This document shows, piece after piece, positions 50,148-64,000 of a stretch of DNA of 64,000 bases. Under the pieces are notes generated by a model. It saw only the letters and a program-made list of their open reading frames with translations. It made no database searches and was not told the origin of the DNA. The translations under genes were made by a program, and so were the position numbers. Each line of letters starts with the position of its first letter. The first letter of the stretch is position 1. The stretch is from a candidate division FCPU426 bacterium (lineage in GTDB: Bacteria; Oederibacteriota; Muellerivitia; Muellerivitales; Muellerivitaceae): positions 96,001 to 160,000 of the forward strand of contig CAWKAR010000025.1 in NCBI GenBank assembly GCA_963847625.1, written 5' to 3'.

Positions 50148-50498
50148 TCAGTTATTGCTTTCATCTGAGACTATGACTTGGATATGGCTTGTCCTTTTAT
50201 GAATCAAACTAGCCCTACCCATGGCTCGTGGTATAAACCGTCGAACATTTTGCATCATGGGGCCGCCATCGACTTGAATTGATTTAATAAAAAGTTTATC
50301 CACATCAATTCTCGTTTTTTGGCCTGCATTAGAAACGGCGGCTTTAATAATCTTTGCAACTTCACCCGCCGCCTTTTTTTTGGTGAATGCTAAAATGTTC
50401 AATGCCTCAACAACTGTTTTTTTCCGGATTAAATTAACAACTTGTCGAGCTTTCCGAGGAGTTAACCTCGTGAATCTGGAAATCGCTTTTGCTTGCAT
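50148..50498 (-). CDS. rplV: 50S ribosomal protein L22
   Basis: TPRKAR, PRAMGRA, KRTSHI. Confidence 0.97.
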   Translation of the reverse strand: MQAKAISRFTRLTPRKARQVVNLIRKKTVVEALNILAFTKKKAAGEVAKIIKAAVSNAGQKTRIDVDKLFIKSIQVDGGPMMQNVRRFIPRAMGRASLIHKRTSHIQVIVSDESNN

Positions 50499-50523
50499 TA
50501 AAAAACCTCACTTAAAATCATTT

Positions 50524-50811
50524 TCACTTTAATGCTATAGCCTTTTCAGATTTAACTACCCCATGAGCCTTAAAGGTACGGGTTGGAGAAAATTCACCCA
50601 ATTTATGCCCTACCATGTTTTCTGTAATAAAAACAGGAATGAATTTTTTTCCATTATGAATTGCAAAGGTATGTCCAACCATTTCCGGATGAATTGAAGA
50701 CCTTCGATAATATGTTTTTATTACCTTTTTGTCTCCAACCCTATTCATTTTTTGGACAAGTTTTAAAAGCTTTTCTGTTACATAAGGCCCTTTTTTTAAT
50801 GATCTTCCCAT
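50524..50811 (-). CDS. rpsS: 30S ribosomal protein S19
   Basis: [22 protein letters not shown]. Confidence 0.98.
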   Translation of the reverse strand: MGRSLKKGPYVTEKLLKLVQKMNRVGDKKVIKTYYRRSSIHPEMVGHTFAIHNGKKFIPVFITENMVGHKLGEFSPTRTFKAHGVVKSEKAIALK

Positions 50812-50833
50812 TTTTCCAACCCCTTAATAAATA

Positions 50834-51658
50834 TTACTTTCTATGTTTAAGAATGAATTTTTCAGTATGTTTGTTTTTACGGGTTTTATAACCTTTTGTT
50901 GGTTTACCCCAAGGTGTAGTTGGATGACGTCCTCCAGAAGACTTCCCCTCTCCACCACCCATTGGATGGCCATCACCGGGACGCATCACCACACCACGTG
51001 ATTGGGGCCTTTCGCCCATCCATCTCATTCTTCCTGCTTTTCCAATGCTTACGTTAATATGCTCAAGATTCCCCACCTGCCCAATCGATGCATTACACTC
51101 AATATGAATCTTACGAATTTCTCCCGAGGGTAATTTTATAGTTGCATAACTACCTTCCCGCGCCATTAATTGTGCGACAGCACCAGCAGATCGTACCAAC
51201 TGACCGCCTTTGCCAGGCTTGATTTCAATATTATGAATCATGGTACCTAATGGAATATCTTTCAACTTCATCGAATATCCCGGTTTAATATCTGCTCCAG
51301 ATCCGGAAAATATCTGGTCCCCTTCTTTCAAACCTTCGGGAGCAATAATATATTTTTTCACACCATCGGCGTACTGGACCAAAGCAATTCTGGAGGTTCG
51401 ATTAGGGTCATATTCCAAAGCCAATACTTTCCCTTGCATCCCAGACTTAACACGTTCAAAATCGACCAAACGATATCTACGTTTATGTCCTGCGCCCCGG
51501 TGCCTGCTGGTGATACGGCCATATATATTTCGGCCACCAGTTTTATTTAGTGAAACAGTAAGTGTTTTTTCAGGCCTTTTTTTGGTTAAATTTTCGCCAA
51601 TTACTGCCGTCATTGCCCGACGGCCTGGAGAAGTTGGTTTATAAAGTCGGATGGACAT
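50834..51658 (-). CDS. rplB: 50S ribosomal protein L2
   Basis: EYDPNR, RSAG, GGGEG, TPWGKP. Confidence 0.98.
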   Translation of the reverse strand: MSIRLYKPTSPGRRAMTAVIGENLTKKRPEKTLTVSLNKTGGRNIYGRITSRHRGAGHKRRYRLVDFERVKSGMQGKVLALEYDPNRTSRIALVQYADGVKKYIIAPEGLKEGDQIFSGSGADIKPGYSMKLKDIPLGTMIHNIEIKPGKGGQLVRSAGAVAQLMAREGSYATIKLPSGEIRKIHIECNASIGQVGNLEHINVSIGKAGRMRWMGERPQSRGVVMRPGDGHPMGGGEGKSSGGRHPTTPWGKPTKGYKTRKNKHTEKFILKHRK

Positions 51659-51660
51659 GA

Positions 51661-51957
51661 TTATGCCCCTTCGAAGAATTCTAATTTTTGACCGGGTTTT
51701 AGTGTAACAATCGCTTTTTTCCAGCGAAAAGGCTTCGATAGATTTTTTCCAAAACGCCGAATTTTACCCGAAAGCTTCGTTGTGTTTACCTTTAGTACAT
51801 TTATTTTTTCTTTTTTAAATATATTTTCCACAGCTTCTTTTATTTCTTTTTTTGTCGAATTAGGATGAACCTCAAAACAATATTTTCCTTTTTCTCGAAG
51901 AGCCGTGGTTCTCTCGGTAATCAGAGGCCGAATAATAACCTCTTCTTTCTTTTTCAT
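51661..51957 (-). CDS. rplW: 50S ribosomal protein L23
   Basis: [20 protein letters not shown]. Confidence 0.96.
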   Translation of the reverse strand: MKKKEEVIIRPLITERTTALREKGKYCFEVHPNSTKKEIKEAVENIFKKEKINVLKVNTTKLSGKIRRFGKNLSKPFRWKKAIVTLKPGQKLEFFEGA

Positions 51958-52595
51958 ATATCCCTCTCATGAGAATTTAAACGAATCATTTTATTTAATG
52001 ATTCCTTCGTTAATACCACTACATCATGATTAATCACTTCATAAATATTCAGGTTTCCATTTGAAAGAACCGTAGCCGTTGGAAGATTTCTAAAACTATT
52101 AAAAGTAGATTTGTTCGAATGCTCCAAAACAATCAGACACTTTTGACCAAACACCCCTAGATTTTTCAAAATACCTATAGCATGCTTAGTTTTAGGCGAA
52201 TCAAAATATATATTTTCCACCACAATAACTTTGCCCTGGGCCGCCTTGTCAGAAAGTGATTCTGCAAGGCACTGGCGCTTCATTTTCTTAGACAAACCAA
52301 GGGAGTAATCTCTTGGTTTTGGTCCATGGGCTACACCCCCCCCAACAAATTGGACAGCCCGAATCGAACCTTGGCGTGCATTACCAGTTCCTTTTTGTTT
52401 AAAAGGCTTTTTTCCACCACCTGAAACTTCACCTTTCCTCTTGGTCTTAACAGTGCCTAACCTCTGGTTTGACAAATAAGTTGTCACACCCCGCCATAAA
52501 TGGTGAACTCTCGGCTTCAAACCAAACAATTTTTCCGGTAAATCAATTTGATCCATAGATTGTCCATTCAAGTTGTAAACTGTCGCTTTAGGCAT
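51954..52595 (-). CDS. rplD: 50S ribosomal protein L4
   Basis: KP.KQKGTGNARQGS, GGG.AHGPKPR. Confidence 0.98.
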   Translation of the reverse strand: MPKATVYNLNGQSMDQIDLPEKLFGLKPRVHHLWRGVTTYLSNQRLGTVKTKRKGEVSGGGKKPFKQKGTGNARQGSIRAVQFVGGGVAHGPKPRDYSLGLSKKMKRQCLAESLSDKAAQGKVIVVENIYFDSPKTKHAIGILKNLGVFGQKCLIVLEHSNKSTFNSFRNLPTATVLSNGNLNIYEVINHDVVVLTKESLNKMIRLNSHERDI

Positions 52596-52606
52596 AAATT
52601 ATCACC

Positions 52607-53245
52607 TTACTTTTTTATACTAGGACGAACCATTACCGTACCGCCACATGCACCCGGAACCGCGCCTATGACGAATAATAAATGGTTATCCATGTCAACT
52701 TTAACTACTTTCAAATTCAAAACTGTGTTTTTCTGGCTACCCATGTGGCCCGGCATTCTAGTACCAGGATAAACACGGGATGGATCGGAAGAAGCGCCAA
52801 TGCCTCCCGGAGCTCTGTGAAACATGCTTCCGTGGGAATTACGACCACCTTTAAATCCATGACGACGAACAACACCCTGAAATCCTTTCCCTTTTGAAAC
52901 TCCAGTTACATCAACCCAATTGATGTTATTTAAATTTTCGACTGTTAAGGTTTGGCCGACCTGGAAAAGAGATGGGTCTTCAATCCTAACTTCTTTTAAT
53001 ATTTCTTTTGGCGTTGCTCCGGACTTCTTAAAATGTCCAAGAAGAGACTTGGTTGTATGTTTTTCTTTTTTTTCTTTAAATCCTAACTGAACAGCATTGT
53101 AACCTTCCTTTTCCGATGTCTTTTTTTGAATAACAACACAAGGCCCGATTTCCAAAATCGTTACTTGACTTGCCTTTCCGTTTTCTTCAAAAAAAGTCGT
53201 TTGTCCCAATTTTTTCCCAATTAATGTTTGAATTATTCCACTCAT
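52607..53245 (-). CDS. rplC: 50S ribosomal protein L3
   Basis: GYNAVQLG, SKGKGFQG, MPGHMG; start MSGIIQ. Confidence 0.98.
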   Translation of the reverse strand: MSGIIQTLIGKKLGQTTFFEENGKASQVTILEIGPCVVIQKKTSEKEGYNAVQLGFKEKKEKHTTKSLLGHFKKSGATPKEILKEVRIEDPSLFQVGQTLTVENLNNINWVDVTGVSKGKGFQGVVRRHGFKGGRNSHGSMFHRAPGGIGASSDPSRVYPGTRMPGHMGSQKNTVLNLKVVKVDMDNHLLFVIGAVPGACGGTVMVRPSIKK

Positions 53246-53255
53246 GAAAACACCT

Positions 53256-53573
53256 CTACAGTTTGATCTCAACATCAACGCCAGCAGGCAAGTCTAATTT
53301 CATTAAAGCGTCTATGGTTCTCTGGTTTGGATTCACAATGTCCACGAGTCTTTTGTGGGTTCTAATTTCAAATTGTTCCCGGGATTTCTTATCAACATGC
53401 GGACTTCTTAAAACAGTATAACGATTTATATCCGTCGGAAGAGGTACAGGTCCCAAAACGACAGCTCCTGTTCGTCGCACTGTTTCAATAATCTCAACCG
53501 TTGAACGGTCTAATAGCCGATGATCATAAGCCTTTAATTTAATCCTTATTTTTTGACTCGTGGCCGTGGCCAT
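53256..53573 (-). CDS. rpsJ: 30S ribosomal protein S10
   Basis: [24 protein letters not shown]. Confidence 0.98.
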   Translation of the reverse strand: MATATSQKIRIKLKAYDHRLLDRSTVEIIETVRRTGAVVLGPVPLPTDINRYTVLRSPHVDKKSREQFEIRTHKRLVDIVNPNQRTIDALMKLDLPAGVDVEIKL

Positions 53574-53603
53574 TATTCCCTACCTTCTCTTTCGTTTAAT
53601 TCA

Positions 53604-54795
<1,192 letters not shown>

Positions 54796-54838
54796 AACCA
54801 CGCCTCCTTTTCAACCCCTTTTAGGGTATTGAAATGAA

Positions 54839-56918
54839 TTAGCCTTTTACTTTAGCAATAATTTCCTGTTGAATTGAACGAGGAGTTTCCTCGTAATGTG
54901 CGAATTGCATTGTATATGTAGCTCGCCCTTGGGTCATTGAACGTAGGTTTGTAGAATAACCAAACATTTCAGACAACGGTACCTTAGCGCGGATCGTTTG
55001 CATTTGTCCCCGTAATTCCATTCCTTCTATTTTCCCTCTTTTTGATTGAAGGTCACCCATAACCGCGCCCATAAAATCCTCAGGTGTAACAACTTCAGTA
55101 TCCATTACCGGTTCCAAGATGATGGGGTCGGCCTTTCGCATTGCTTCTTTGAACGCAATTGAAGCTGCAATTTTAAAAGCCATTTCAGAGGAGTCCACTT
55201 CATGATAAGAGCCATCCGTTAATGTGATTTTAAAATCAACAACCGGATATCCCGCCAAAACACCCGTTTCTTTGGCTTCTTCAATTCCTTTTTGTATGGC
55301 CGGAATATACTCCTTGGGTACCGTTCCACCCACAATGGCATTTTTGAACTCGATACCTTTTCCGGGTTCTTGTGGTTCCATAGTAATATACACATGTCCA
55401 TATTGACCCCTACCACCTGTTTGTCGAATGTATTTGCCTTCTGCTTCAACACTTTTCCTGATTGTCTCTCGATAAGCAACTTGAGGTTTCCCCACATTTG
55501 CTTGAACATTAAATTCCCGCATCATCCGATCGACGATAATTTCAAGGTGAAGTTCGCCCATGCCTTGTAATTATTGTCTGACTCGTTTCTTCATCTGTTT
55601 TTACCCTAAATGAAGGATCCTCCTCAGCCAGCTTGCTTAGGGCCAAACCTAGTTTTTCCTGATCCGCCTTGGTTTTAGGCTCAATAGCCACAGAAATGAC
55701 AGGATCTGGAAATACCATTCTTTCCAAAACAATAGATTTATTTTCATCACATAGCGTGTCGCCAGTGGTAATGGCTTTTATTCCTACTGTTGCCGCTATA
55801 TCTCCTGCATGAACTTCCTTAATTTCTTCGCGTTTGTTAGCGTGCATTTGTAATAATCTTCCAATTCTTTCTCGACTTCCCTTGGTGGAATTGTAGACAT
55901 ATGAACCCGCTGAAAGAGTCCCTGAATAGACTCTAAAATAAACCAACTTACCAACATGCGGATCGGTCATGATTTTGAAAGCAAGCGCCGAAAAAGGAGC
56001 ATTATCATTTGCTTCCCTAGTTTCTTCTGCATTGGTATCAGGATTATGTCCTTTCACAGGAGGTATATCATTTGGAGATGGAAGGTAATTTATAACCGCA
56101 TCTAAAAGCGGTTGAACACCCTTATTTTTAAAGGCCGCGCCACAAAAAACAGGATTAAATTTATTTTGAATAGTGCCCTTACGAATACAATTGTTAAGTT
56201 CTTCAGGGGAAACAACTCTCCCATCTAAATATTTTTGCATAACAATATCGTCAAATTCTGCCACGGCTTCTAGTAATTGTTGATGGTATTCTTGGGCCAT
56301 TTTTTTCATTTCGTCCGGTATTTCCCCAATTTCAAACTCAGCACCCAATGTTTCATCTAACCACCGATACCTTTTCATCTCGACCAAGTGGATAATCCCA
56401 TCAAATTTATCCTCGGCACCAACTGGCAAAGTTACAGCATGGGCGTTAGCGTTAAGGCGCGTTCGCATTTGTTCTATAGCATTAAAGTAATCAGCCCCTA
56501 CTCTGTCCATCTTGTTTACAAAGGCAATTCTTGGCACACCATAACGGGTTGCTTGTCTCCAAACGGTCTCCGACTGGGGTTCCACTCCTTCAACTGCACC
56601 AAAAACGCCGATCGCACCATCTAAAACACGTAAAGATCGTTCCACTTCGATAGTAAAATCAACGTGGCCTGGGGTATCAATGATATTGATTCGATGATTC
56701 TTCCAAAAACAAGTAGTAGCAGCCGAGGTAATCGTAATGCCCCGCTCTTGTTCTTGAGGCATCCAATCCATGATTGCAGTCCCATCATGAACTTCACCAA
56801 TTTTATGAGTTCGGCCGGTGTAATATAGTATTCGCTCAGTCAACGTTGTTTTACCAGCATCGATATGGGCCATAATGCCAATGTTTCGTGTGTTTGATAA
56901 GGGAATGGGTCTCGCCAA
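54839..56918 (-). CDS. fusA: Elongation factor G, frameshifted as given (one extra base near 55565)
   Basis: [29 protein letters not shown] junction split across frames; PQVAYRE, YHEVDSS. Confidence 0.96.
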
Positions 56919-56930
56919 AGGTTTCCTCGT

Positions 56931-57401
56931 TTACCAGCGATAATGCGCAAATGCTTGATTAGCTTCTGCCATTTTATGAGTATCTTCCTTTTTCTTAATT
57001 GAAACCCCTTGATTTTTAAATGCATCGGTCAACTCCGCCGCTAACTTCTCGGCAATAGTTTTTTCCTTGCGAGTACGAGATGCTGTTAGAATCCATCGAA
57101 TGGCCAAAGAAGTCCGCCGTTCAGGACGAATTTCAACAGGCACTTGGTAAGTAGCGCCGCCCACTCGACGCGATTTGACCTCCAAAACAGGTTTTACATT
57201 TTCTATAGCAGTTTTAAACACATTTAAAGCGCCTTCTCCATGTTTTTGTCCTAATATATCCATCGCGTCATAGAAACTTCGGGAAGCCACCATTTTTTTT
57301 CCATTGTACATCATGCAATTAATGAATTTCGAAACAAGTTTATTATTGTACCGTGAATCAGATGCCATTTCTCTTTGAGCGGTAACTTTTCTGCGAGGCA
57401 T
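56931..57401 (-). CDS. rpsG: 30S ribosomal protein S7
   Basis: RRVGGATYQVP, HKMAEAN.AFAHYRW. Confidence 0.98.
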   Translation of the reverse strand: MPRRKVTAQREMASDSRYNNKLVSKFINCMMYNGKKMVASRSFYDAMDILGQKHGEGALNVFKTAIENVKPVLEVKSRRVGGATYQVPVEIRPERRTSLAIRWILTASRTRKEKTIAEKLAAELTDAFKNQGVSIKKKEDTHKMAEANQAFAHYRW

Positions 57402-57410
57402 AAGAACACC

Positions 57411-57803
57411 TTAACCTTTCGGGAGCATTTCTTTTTTTGGTCGCTTCATTCCATATTTAGAACGCCCTTGTTTCCTATCCACAACCCCTGCGGCATCTAA
57501 TGTTCCACGAATAATATGATAACGAACTCCCGGAAGATCCTTCACTCGCCCACCGCGGATTAAAACAATCGAATGCTCTTGTAAATTATGTCCTACTCCA
57601 GGAATGTAACAAGTAACTTCCATTCCATTAGTAAGACGGACCCTTGCAATTTTTCTTAAGGCTGAATTAGGTTTTTTGGGTGTCATAGTTGCCACTTTTA
57701 CGCAAACACCACGTTTTTGTGGGCATGCCTTAAGGGCTGGTGATTTAGTTTTATGTCTGCTTTTATTCCGACCTAATCGGACCAATTGATTTAAAGTTGG
57801 CAA
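57411..57803 (-). CDS. rpsL: 30S ribosomal protein S12
   Basis: TTG start after [25 protein letters not shown]. Confidence 0.98.
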   Translation of the reverse strand: MPTLNQLVRLGRNKSRHKTKSPALKACPQKRGVCVKVATMTPKKPNSALRKIARVRLTNGMEVTCYIPGVGHNLQEHSIVLIRGGRVKDLPGVRYHIIRGTLDAAGVVDRKQGRSKYGMKRPKKEMLPKG

Positions 57804-57823
57804 ACAATCCTCCAATCTGAAAC

Positions 57824-57860
57824 AAAAAAAAAGGCAAAGACAATGAGCTCTGTCTTTGCC
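57824..57860 (-). terminator. Intrinsic terminator between rpoC and rpsL
   Basis: Perfect 10-bp stem GGCAAAGACA/TGTCTTTGCC, 8-nt loop, T9 tract on the minus strand. Confidence 0.8.
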
Positions 57861-58041
57861 AAGTGAATTTTCGTCGTCCTACCCCAGGGATTATCCCCAG
57901 GAGGATTCCTTAAGCAAAGCCCTCCTCTGGCTCACCATTTTGAATGAAAAAGAAGCTAAGCATTTTCTTTCAAAAGGAGGATTTTCATCTATTATTCAGC
58001 CTTAATAAATTAAAACGCAGACGGGAAGGCTACCAAAACCC

Positions 58042-61000
58042 CTATGTTTGGTCAAGGCTTTTTTTATTCAAAAAGTTTTCTTCACCTTTAAATTCATTTT
58101 CCTCAATAAATTCACTCGTTTGTGGAGTTGCAGCTATTCCCGCAGGTAACTCTTCTTCCATTTCATCCACTTTTATTTTTAAAGCCCGATAAGAGGGACT
58201 GCCTGTTCCAGCTGGTATTAAATGTCCCATTATTACATTCTCTTTAAGGCCGCGTAATTCGTCAATTTTTCCCGAAACAGCAGCCTCGGTCAAAACCTTT
58301 GTTGTTTCCTGAAAACTTGCAGCAGAAATAAAACTTTCCGTTCCTAAAGATGCCTTTGTAATTCCTAATAAAAGTGGTCTTGCGGTGGATATTTTTCCAA
58401 CTTTTTCCTGTACTTTATCGTTTTCTTTATTAAATCTCCCTTTTTCAACTTGTTGTTTGGGTAAAAATTCAGTGTTACCCGCTTCATGTATAAGCACCTT
58501 TCGCATCATTTGACGGACAATCACTTCTATATGTTTATCATTAATTTTTACACCTTGCAGCCGATAAACCTCTTGGACTTTACTTAAAAGATACTCTTGC
58601 ACTGCAGCTTCGCCTTGCACTTCCAATATGTCATGTGGATCAATTGGACCATCAGTCAAGGCATCCCCAGCGCGAACATAATCACTTTCATGTACATTCA
58701 AATGCTTTCCATATGGAATTGCATACTCCTCATCAATGGTCTTTTTTCCCTCCGAATTAGTAATAACCACTCTTTGGTAACCTTTTGATGCGGTTCCAAA
58801 AGTGACCGTTCCACTAATTTTTGCGATAACAGCATTATTTTTTGGTCTTCGTGCCTCAAAAAGTTCTGCGACGCGTGGAAGCCCTCCAGTAATGTCGCGT
58901 GTTTTCGAAATCTCCCGCGGAATTTTTGCAAGGATATCTCCAGCCATAACCTTGTCTCCATCCGCAACATTGATCAAGGACCCAGTCGGTAATCGATAGC
59001 TCTTAATGGCCTCTCCAGTTTCGGGATTTAATATGAGGCAACGAGGAGATAGATTCTCGTCTTTATATTCCATTATTGCTCGTTCTTTTAAGCCAGTGGT
59101 AGAATCAATTTCTTCGCGAACCGTAACACCCCGAATAACATCCTGTAATTTCAAAGTACCACTAACCTCAGAAAAAATAGGAACTTTATAAAGATCCCAG
59201 TGAGCTAATTGTTGACTTTCTCTAACTGCATCCCCTTCACGAACCTTTAATGTCGATCCAAAAGGAACAACATAATTCTCGACGATACGTCCTTTATCAT
59301 CGTATATGGATATTTCACCATTTCGATTTAATACGATTAAATCTTTATTCCGATTTTCAACAAGTTTTAAATTATGGAAACGGATTTTACCCGTCTTATG
59401 TGATTCAATCTTGGATTGTTCTAAAGCCCTGCTGGCCGCACCACCAACGTGAAATGTTCTGAGAGTCAATTGTGTGCCAGGTTCTCCAATAGATTGTGCG
59501 GCAATAATTCCAACAGCCTCCCCCATTTGAACAAGTTTTCCATTTGCCAAATTAATGCCATAACACTTAGCACATACCCCGCGTTCTAATTCACAAGTCA
59601 ATACCGAACGCACTCGTATCTGCTCAATTCCTGCTTCTTCCAGCTTATCAGCAACACTTTCAGTAATAATGTGGCCAGATCGAATTATTACTTCAGATGT
59701 CAGAAGATTTGCAACATTATCTACTGCAATGCGACCAGTAATGCGATCCTTCAAAGGTTCTATAATTTCAATTCCCTCTTTTATAGCGCCTACTCGAACC
59801 CCGTTTAATGTTCCACAATCCTCCGCATTGATAATAACTTCTTGAGCCACGTCAACCAATCGGCGGGTTAAGTAACCAGCGTCAGCTGTTTTTAAAGCAG
59901 TATCCGCTAATCCTTTACGGGCACCGTGTGTAGAAATGAAATATTCCAAAACGGTTAGCCCTTCACGAAAATTAGCAGTTATGGGAGATTCTATTATTTC
60001 GCCAATTGAGCCGGTTATTTTTTGAAGAGGTTTTGCCATCAAACCCCTCATTCCTGCAAGTTGTCTTATTTGCATTTTAGAACCACGGGCTCCAGAATCC
60101 GCCATCATGTAGATAGGATTAAACCCATGATTGTCTCGTTTCAAGTTTTCAAACATGACTTCAGCAATTTCATCCGTTGTATGAGTCCATATATCAATAA
60201 CCTTGTTATAACGTTCTCCAGCTGTAATAATTCCCTTCTTATACTGGTTTTCAATTTCCGCAACTTCCTTATACGATCTCTTCAAAATCTCAGTTTTTTC
60301 TTTGGGTATTTTCATGTCATCGATTGAAACCGTTATTCCAGCAATTGTGGCATATTTGAATCCCAAATCTTTTATGTCATCAAGAAGTTTAACAGTTTGT
60401 TCTGAACCAAGTTTTTCGTAACACAAGGCGACAAGATCACCCAACTCTTTTTTGTTCATAACTTGATTACTATAAGGTAAACTTGCGGGGATAACCTGAT
60501 TTAAAAGTACACGCCCAACAGTTGTATCAACAATTTTCCCGTTAATCCTAACTTTTATTCTGGCATGCTTGCCAACCTTTTTTTCTTCAAAAGCAATAAG
60601 AACCTCTTGGGGTGAAGAAAAAATCCTTCCCTCTCCAACATCTCCTGGTTTTTCTTTTGTTAAATAGTAGGAGCCCAAGACAATGTCTTGTGTAGGAGTA
60701 ACAATAGGGCGCCCATTAGAAGTGGAGTTAATATTGTTTGTTGAAAGCATTAAGAATCTAGCTTCCATTTGTGCTTCGCTAGAAAGAGGAACATGAACTG
60801 CCATCTGATCGCCATCAAAATCCGCATTAAAGGCAGTACAAACCAAAGGATGTATTTGGATAGCCCGCCCCTCAATCAGAACTGGTTGAAATGCCTGTAT
60901 ACCCTGTCGATGCAATGTGGGTGCGCGATTTAAAAGAACATGATGGTCACGTATAACCTCTGCAAGAATATCCCAAACTTCAGGCTTAACTCGCTCGACC

Positions 61001-62274
61001 ATCTTACGGGCGCTTTTAATCGTATGGACATACCCTCGATCTTCAAGTTTTTTTATTATAAAAGGCTTGAAAAGTTCCAAAGCCATTTTCTTTGGCAAAC
61101 CGCACTGATGCATCTTTAATTCCGGCCCAACAACAATTACAGATCGTCCAGAATAATCAACTCGTTTACCCAAAAGATTTTGGCGAAACCGACCTTGTTT
61201 CCCTTTTAGCATATCAGATAGTGATTTAAGTGGGCGGTTGCCGGGCCCTCGAACGGCATGACCGCGTCGACCATTATCCAGTAAAGCATCCACAGCTTCT
61301 TGCAACATTCGTTTTTCATTTCGAACAATGACTTCAGGAGCATGCAACTCTAAAAGTTTTTTTAAACGATTGTTTCGATTAATAACACGACGGTAAAGGT
61401 CATTTAAATCCGAAGTTGCAAAACGCCCTCCATCTAGCGGGACGAGTGGGCGAAGTTCCGGAGGAATCACAGGTAAAACTTCAAGGAACATCCACTCTGG
61501 TTTATTATCACTTTTTAAGAAATTTTCTATTACCTTTAAACGTTTGATAATAGTCTTTCGCTTCTGTTCGCTGTTGGTTTGTTTCATCTGGACACGAAGT
61601 TTTTTATCCAAATCAACTAAATCCACAGCCCGAATTAAATCTCGTATTGCCTCAGCACCCATTTTGGCTTTTAAAGAAGCTCCATATTCCATTCGTAATT
61701 TTTGGAACTCATCTTCTGAAAGTAATTGGCCCACTTCAATAGGAGCCTTCCCAGGTTCTAAAACTACATAGGATTCGTAATAAATTATTCTTTCTAAGTT
61801 ACGGGTCGACATTTCTAACAGATATCCCATCCTTGAAGGCACACCTTTTAAATACCATATATGTGAAACCAGACAAGCTAATTCAATATGTCCCATACGT
61901 TCGCGTCTTACTTTAGCCTGAGTCACTTCGACTCCACATCTGTCACAAATAACATCTTTATACTTGATTCTCTTATATTTCCCGCAAGTACATTCCCAGT
62001 CTTTTGTGGGGCCAAATATTTTTTCACAAAATAAACCATTTTTTTCCGGTTTAAAAGTCCGATAGTTTATCGTTTCTGGTTTTTTCACCTCCCCATGCGA
62101 CCACGAACGAATAGTTTCGGGAGAAGAGAGACCAATTTTTATGGCGTCAAAATGGGGTGTTTCTTTGAGCAAATTCTCCAAAATTGTTTTCTTATCCTTT
62201 ATCAGCGAAGCTTCTGGCGATGAGATTTTTACTTCTGCATTGCTTTCAGTGTTAGTGGATTTCAACTGGCTCAA
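58042..62274 (-). CDS. rpoC: RNA polymerase beta' subunit
   Basis: [42 protein letters not shown]. Confidence 0.99.
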   Translation of the reverse strand: MSQLKSTNTESNAEVKISSPEASLIKDKKTILENLLKETPHFDAIKIGLSSPETIRSWSHGEVKKPETINYRTFKPEKNGLFCEKIFGPTKDWECTCGKYKRIKYKDVICDRCGVEVTQAKVRRERMGHIELACLVSHIWYLKGVPSRMGYLLEMSTRNLERIIYYESYVVLEPGKAPIEVGQLLSEDEFQKLRMEYGASLKAKMGAEAIRDLIRAVDLVDLDKKLRVQMKQTNSEQKRKTIIKRLKVIENFLKSDNKPEWMFLEVLPVIPPELRPLVPLDGGRFATSDLNDLYRRVINRNNRLKKLLELHAPEVIVRNEKRMLQEAVDALLDNGRRGHAVRGPGNRPLKSLSDMLKGKQGRFRQNLLGKRVDYSGRSVIVVGPELKMHQCGLPKKMALELFKPFIIKKLEDRGYVHTIKSARKMVERVKPEVWDILAEVIRDHHVLLNRAPTLHRQGIQAFQPVLIEGRAIQIHPLVCTAFNADFDGDQMAVHVPLSSEAQMEARFLMLSTNNINSTSNGRPIVTPTQDIVLGSYYLTKEKPGDVGEGRIFSSPQEVLIAFEEKKVGKHARIKVRINGKIVDTTVGRVLLNQVIPASLPYSNQVMNKKELGDLVALCYEKLGSEQTVKLLDDIKDLGFKYATIAGITVSIDDMKIPKEKTEILKRSYKEVAEIENQYKKGIITAGERYNKVIDIWTHTTDEIAEVMFENLKRDNHGFNPIYMMADSGARGSKMQIRQLAGMRGLMAKPLQKITGSIGEIIESPITANFREGLTVLEYFISTHGARKGLADTALKTADAGYLTRRLVDVAQEVIINAEDCGTLNGVRVGAIKEGIEIIEPLKDRITGRIAVDNVANLLTSEVIIRSGHIITESVADKLEEAGIEQIRVRSVLTCELERGVCAKCYGINLANGKLVQMGEAVGIIAAQSIGEPGTQLTLRTFHVGGAASRALEQSKIESHKTGKIRFHNLKLVENRNKDLIVLNRNGEISIYDDKGRIVENYVVPFGSTLKVREGDAVRESQQLAHWDLYKVPIFSEVSGTLKLQDVIRGVTVREEIDSTTGLKERAIMEYKDENLSPRCLILNPETGEAIKSYRLPTGSLINVADGDKVMAGDILAKIPREISKTRDITGGLPRVAELFEARRPKNNAVIAKISGTVTFGTASKGYQRVVITNSEGKKTIDEEYAIPYGKHLNVHESDYVRAGDALTDGPIDPHDILEVQGEAAVQEYLLSKVQEVYRLQGVKINDKHIEVIVRQMMRKVLIHEAGNTEFLPKQQVEKGRFNKENDKVQEKVGKISTARPLLLGITKASLGTESFISAASFQETTKVLTEAAVSGKIDELRGLKENVIMGHLIPAGTGSPSYRALKIKVDEMEEELPAGIAATPQTSEFIEENEFKGEENFLNKKSLDQT

Positions 62275-62286
62275 AGTTAAACTCCT

Positions 62287-64000
62287 TCAATTATTAATTA
62301 TTTTATTTGGATTTTTTAAGAGTTTGACATCCAGACAAAGACCTTGCAATTCTTTGACCAACACGTTGAAAGACTCTGGGATTCCCGGTTCAGGTGAATT
62401 TTTCCCTTTTACGATAGCTTCATAAACCTTTGTTCTTCCCTGAACATCATCTGACTTTACCGTTAAAAGTTCTTGAAGGGTATAGGCCGCTCCATAAGCT
62501 TCTAAAGCCCAAACTTCCATTTCCCCAAAACGTTGACCACCAAACTGAGCTTTTCCCCCAAGGGGTTGTTGTGTTATTAGAGAATAAGGACCAATGGATC
62601 GAGCATGAATTTTATCATCGACTAAATGCGCCAATTTGAGAATGTAAATGTAGCCCACTGTAACTTCTTGGTCAAAGGACTCACCAGTCATTCCGTCATA
62701 AAGTTTGATTTTTCCAGATTCTGGCAATTCTTGCTCCACAAGAGCCTTTTTTATTTCTTCTTCTCTTGCACCATCAAATACGGGTGAAGCCACATGATAT
62801 CCACCCTCATGAGCAGCCCAGCCCAGGTGTGTTTCTAATATCTGCCCAACATTCATTCGAGAAGGAACACCAAGCGGATTAAGAATTATATCAACAGGTC
62901 GACCGTCCGGAAGATAAGGCATATCTTCTTCGGGAACAATTTTTGAAACCACCCCTTTATTACCATGGCGGCCAGCCATTTTGTCACCCACGGACAGCTT
63001 TCGTTTTTTTGCAATATAAACCTTTACTAATTTTATGACCCCAGGTGAAAGTTCATCTCCTCTTTTAATTTTCTCAATTTCATTATTTTTATCACGTTCA
63101 ATTTCCTTGAACCGATTTTCCAATACTTCTTTTAAACGCTTTTCTTCTTCGTTCAAGCTTTCATGCAATTCCAGACTTTCCGCTTTGTTTAAATCTTTAA
63201 CCTTTTCAGCCAATTGAGCCTTTAAATTTTCAATTCGAGTTTGGTTTTCCTTTTCCAGTTGTTTATTTCTATGGATGGTTTCTCTTTCAATGGATTTCAC
63301 CATCGCAGCATCACGTCCTTTTACTTTTTCATCTTTTTCTTTCCTCTTGAAAACTTTTATATCTATTACCTTCCCTTCAACACCTGGTGGAACCCTCAAA
63401 GAAGCATCCCTTACATCACCTGCTTTTTCACCAAAAATAGCACGGAGCAATTTTTCCTCCGGTGTTAACTCGGTTTCGCCTTTAGGAGTTACTTTTCCGA
63501 CCAAGATATCGCCAGGAACAACCTCTGCACCGATACGAATAATTCCTTCTTCATCCAGATCTTTTAAGGCTTCATCCCCAACATTTGGAATATCTCTGGT
63601 AATTTCCTCCTTCCCTAATTTAGTGTCGCGGGCTTCCAGTTCAAATTCTTCGATATGCACGGAGGTAAAAAAATCTTCCCGTACCAGTTTTTCGGAAACA
63701 ATAATAGCATCCTCAAAATTGAAACCCCTCCATGGCATAAAAGCCACAAGAAGATTTCTCCCCAACGCTAATTCTCCTTGGTCTGTTGAAGGGCCATCAG
63801 CAATGACATCGCCTTTTTTAATCTTTTCATTTTTCTTCACAATAGGTCTTTGATTAATGCAAGTGTCTTGATTGGATCGTTTATATTTGGTTAGTTTATA
63901 AATATCCACTGAGCCTGTTTCATCGCCTTCTTCAGCAAAAATGATAATCTCATCCGATGAAACTCCCGCAACAATTCCATCGCGTTTGGCTATTACTAAA
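62287..64000 (-). CDS. rpoB: RNA polymerase beta subunit, 5' part outside the window
   Basis: [29 protein letters not shown]; frame open to the window edge. Confidence 0.99.
   Translation of the reverse strand, partial: LVIAKRDGIVAGVSSDEIIIFAEEGDETGSVDIYKLTKYKRSNQDTCINQRPIVKKNEKIKKGDVIADGPSTDQGELALGRNLLVAFMPWRGFNFEDAIIVSEKLVREDFFTSVHIEEFELEARDTKLGKEEITRDIPNVGDEALKDLDEEGIIRIGAEVVPGDILVGKVTPKGETELTPEEKLLRAIFGEKAGDVRDASLRVPPGVEGKVIDIKVFKRKEKDEKVKGRDAAMVKSIERETIHRNKQLEKENQTRIENLKAQLAEKVKDLNKAESLELHESLNEEEKRLKEVLENRFKEIERDKNNEIEKIKRGDELSPGVIKLVKVYIAKKRKLSVGDKMAGRHGNKGVVSKIVPEEDMPYLPDGRPVDIILNPLGVPSRMNVGQILETHLGWAAHEGGYHVASPVFDGAREEEIKKALVEQELPESGKIKLYDGMTGESFDQEVTVGYIYILKLAHLVDDKIHARSIGPYSLITQQPLGGKAQFGGQRFGEMEVWALEAYGAAYTLQELLTVKSDDVQGRTKVYEAIVKGKNSPEPGIPESFNVLVKELQGLCLDVKLLKNPNKIINN

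Overview
Bacterial genomic window with standard genetic code, almost all genes on the minus strand. The lineage is not identifiable from sequence alone; the Thr/Pro-linker secreted proteins suggest a diderm candidate-phylum organism (inference). Left part (1-16 kb, GC-rich): a >1900-codon thioester-type alpha-2-macroglobulin ORF, missed by the ORF track, that is in frame with a ~500-aa polytopic membrane domain; a divergent SpoIID/LytB gene; a ubiD-menG-ubiX quinone cluster; two secreted Thr/Pro-linker proteins, one a metzincin protease, with a shared C-terminal domain. Middle (16-31 kb): an IS481-like element, truA, a DUF2723/TPR glycosyltransferase, asd, and an ilvB-ilvN-ilvC-psd-pssA-leuA-leuB operon with a Leu/Val-rich leader-peptide attenuator. 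31-38 kb: AT-rich decaying zone with an HNH-repeat protein and an FG-GAP gene broken by a MITE, an IS30 and an IS5. Right part (38-64 kb, AT-rich): rpoB(partial)-rpoC-str-S10-spc-alpha cluster, in which tuf is a sharp GC-rich island. Single-base frameshifts in tuf, fusA, ubiX and the IS481 transposase suggest residual indel errors in the assembly, which limits confidence in any fusion or pseudogene call.
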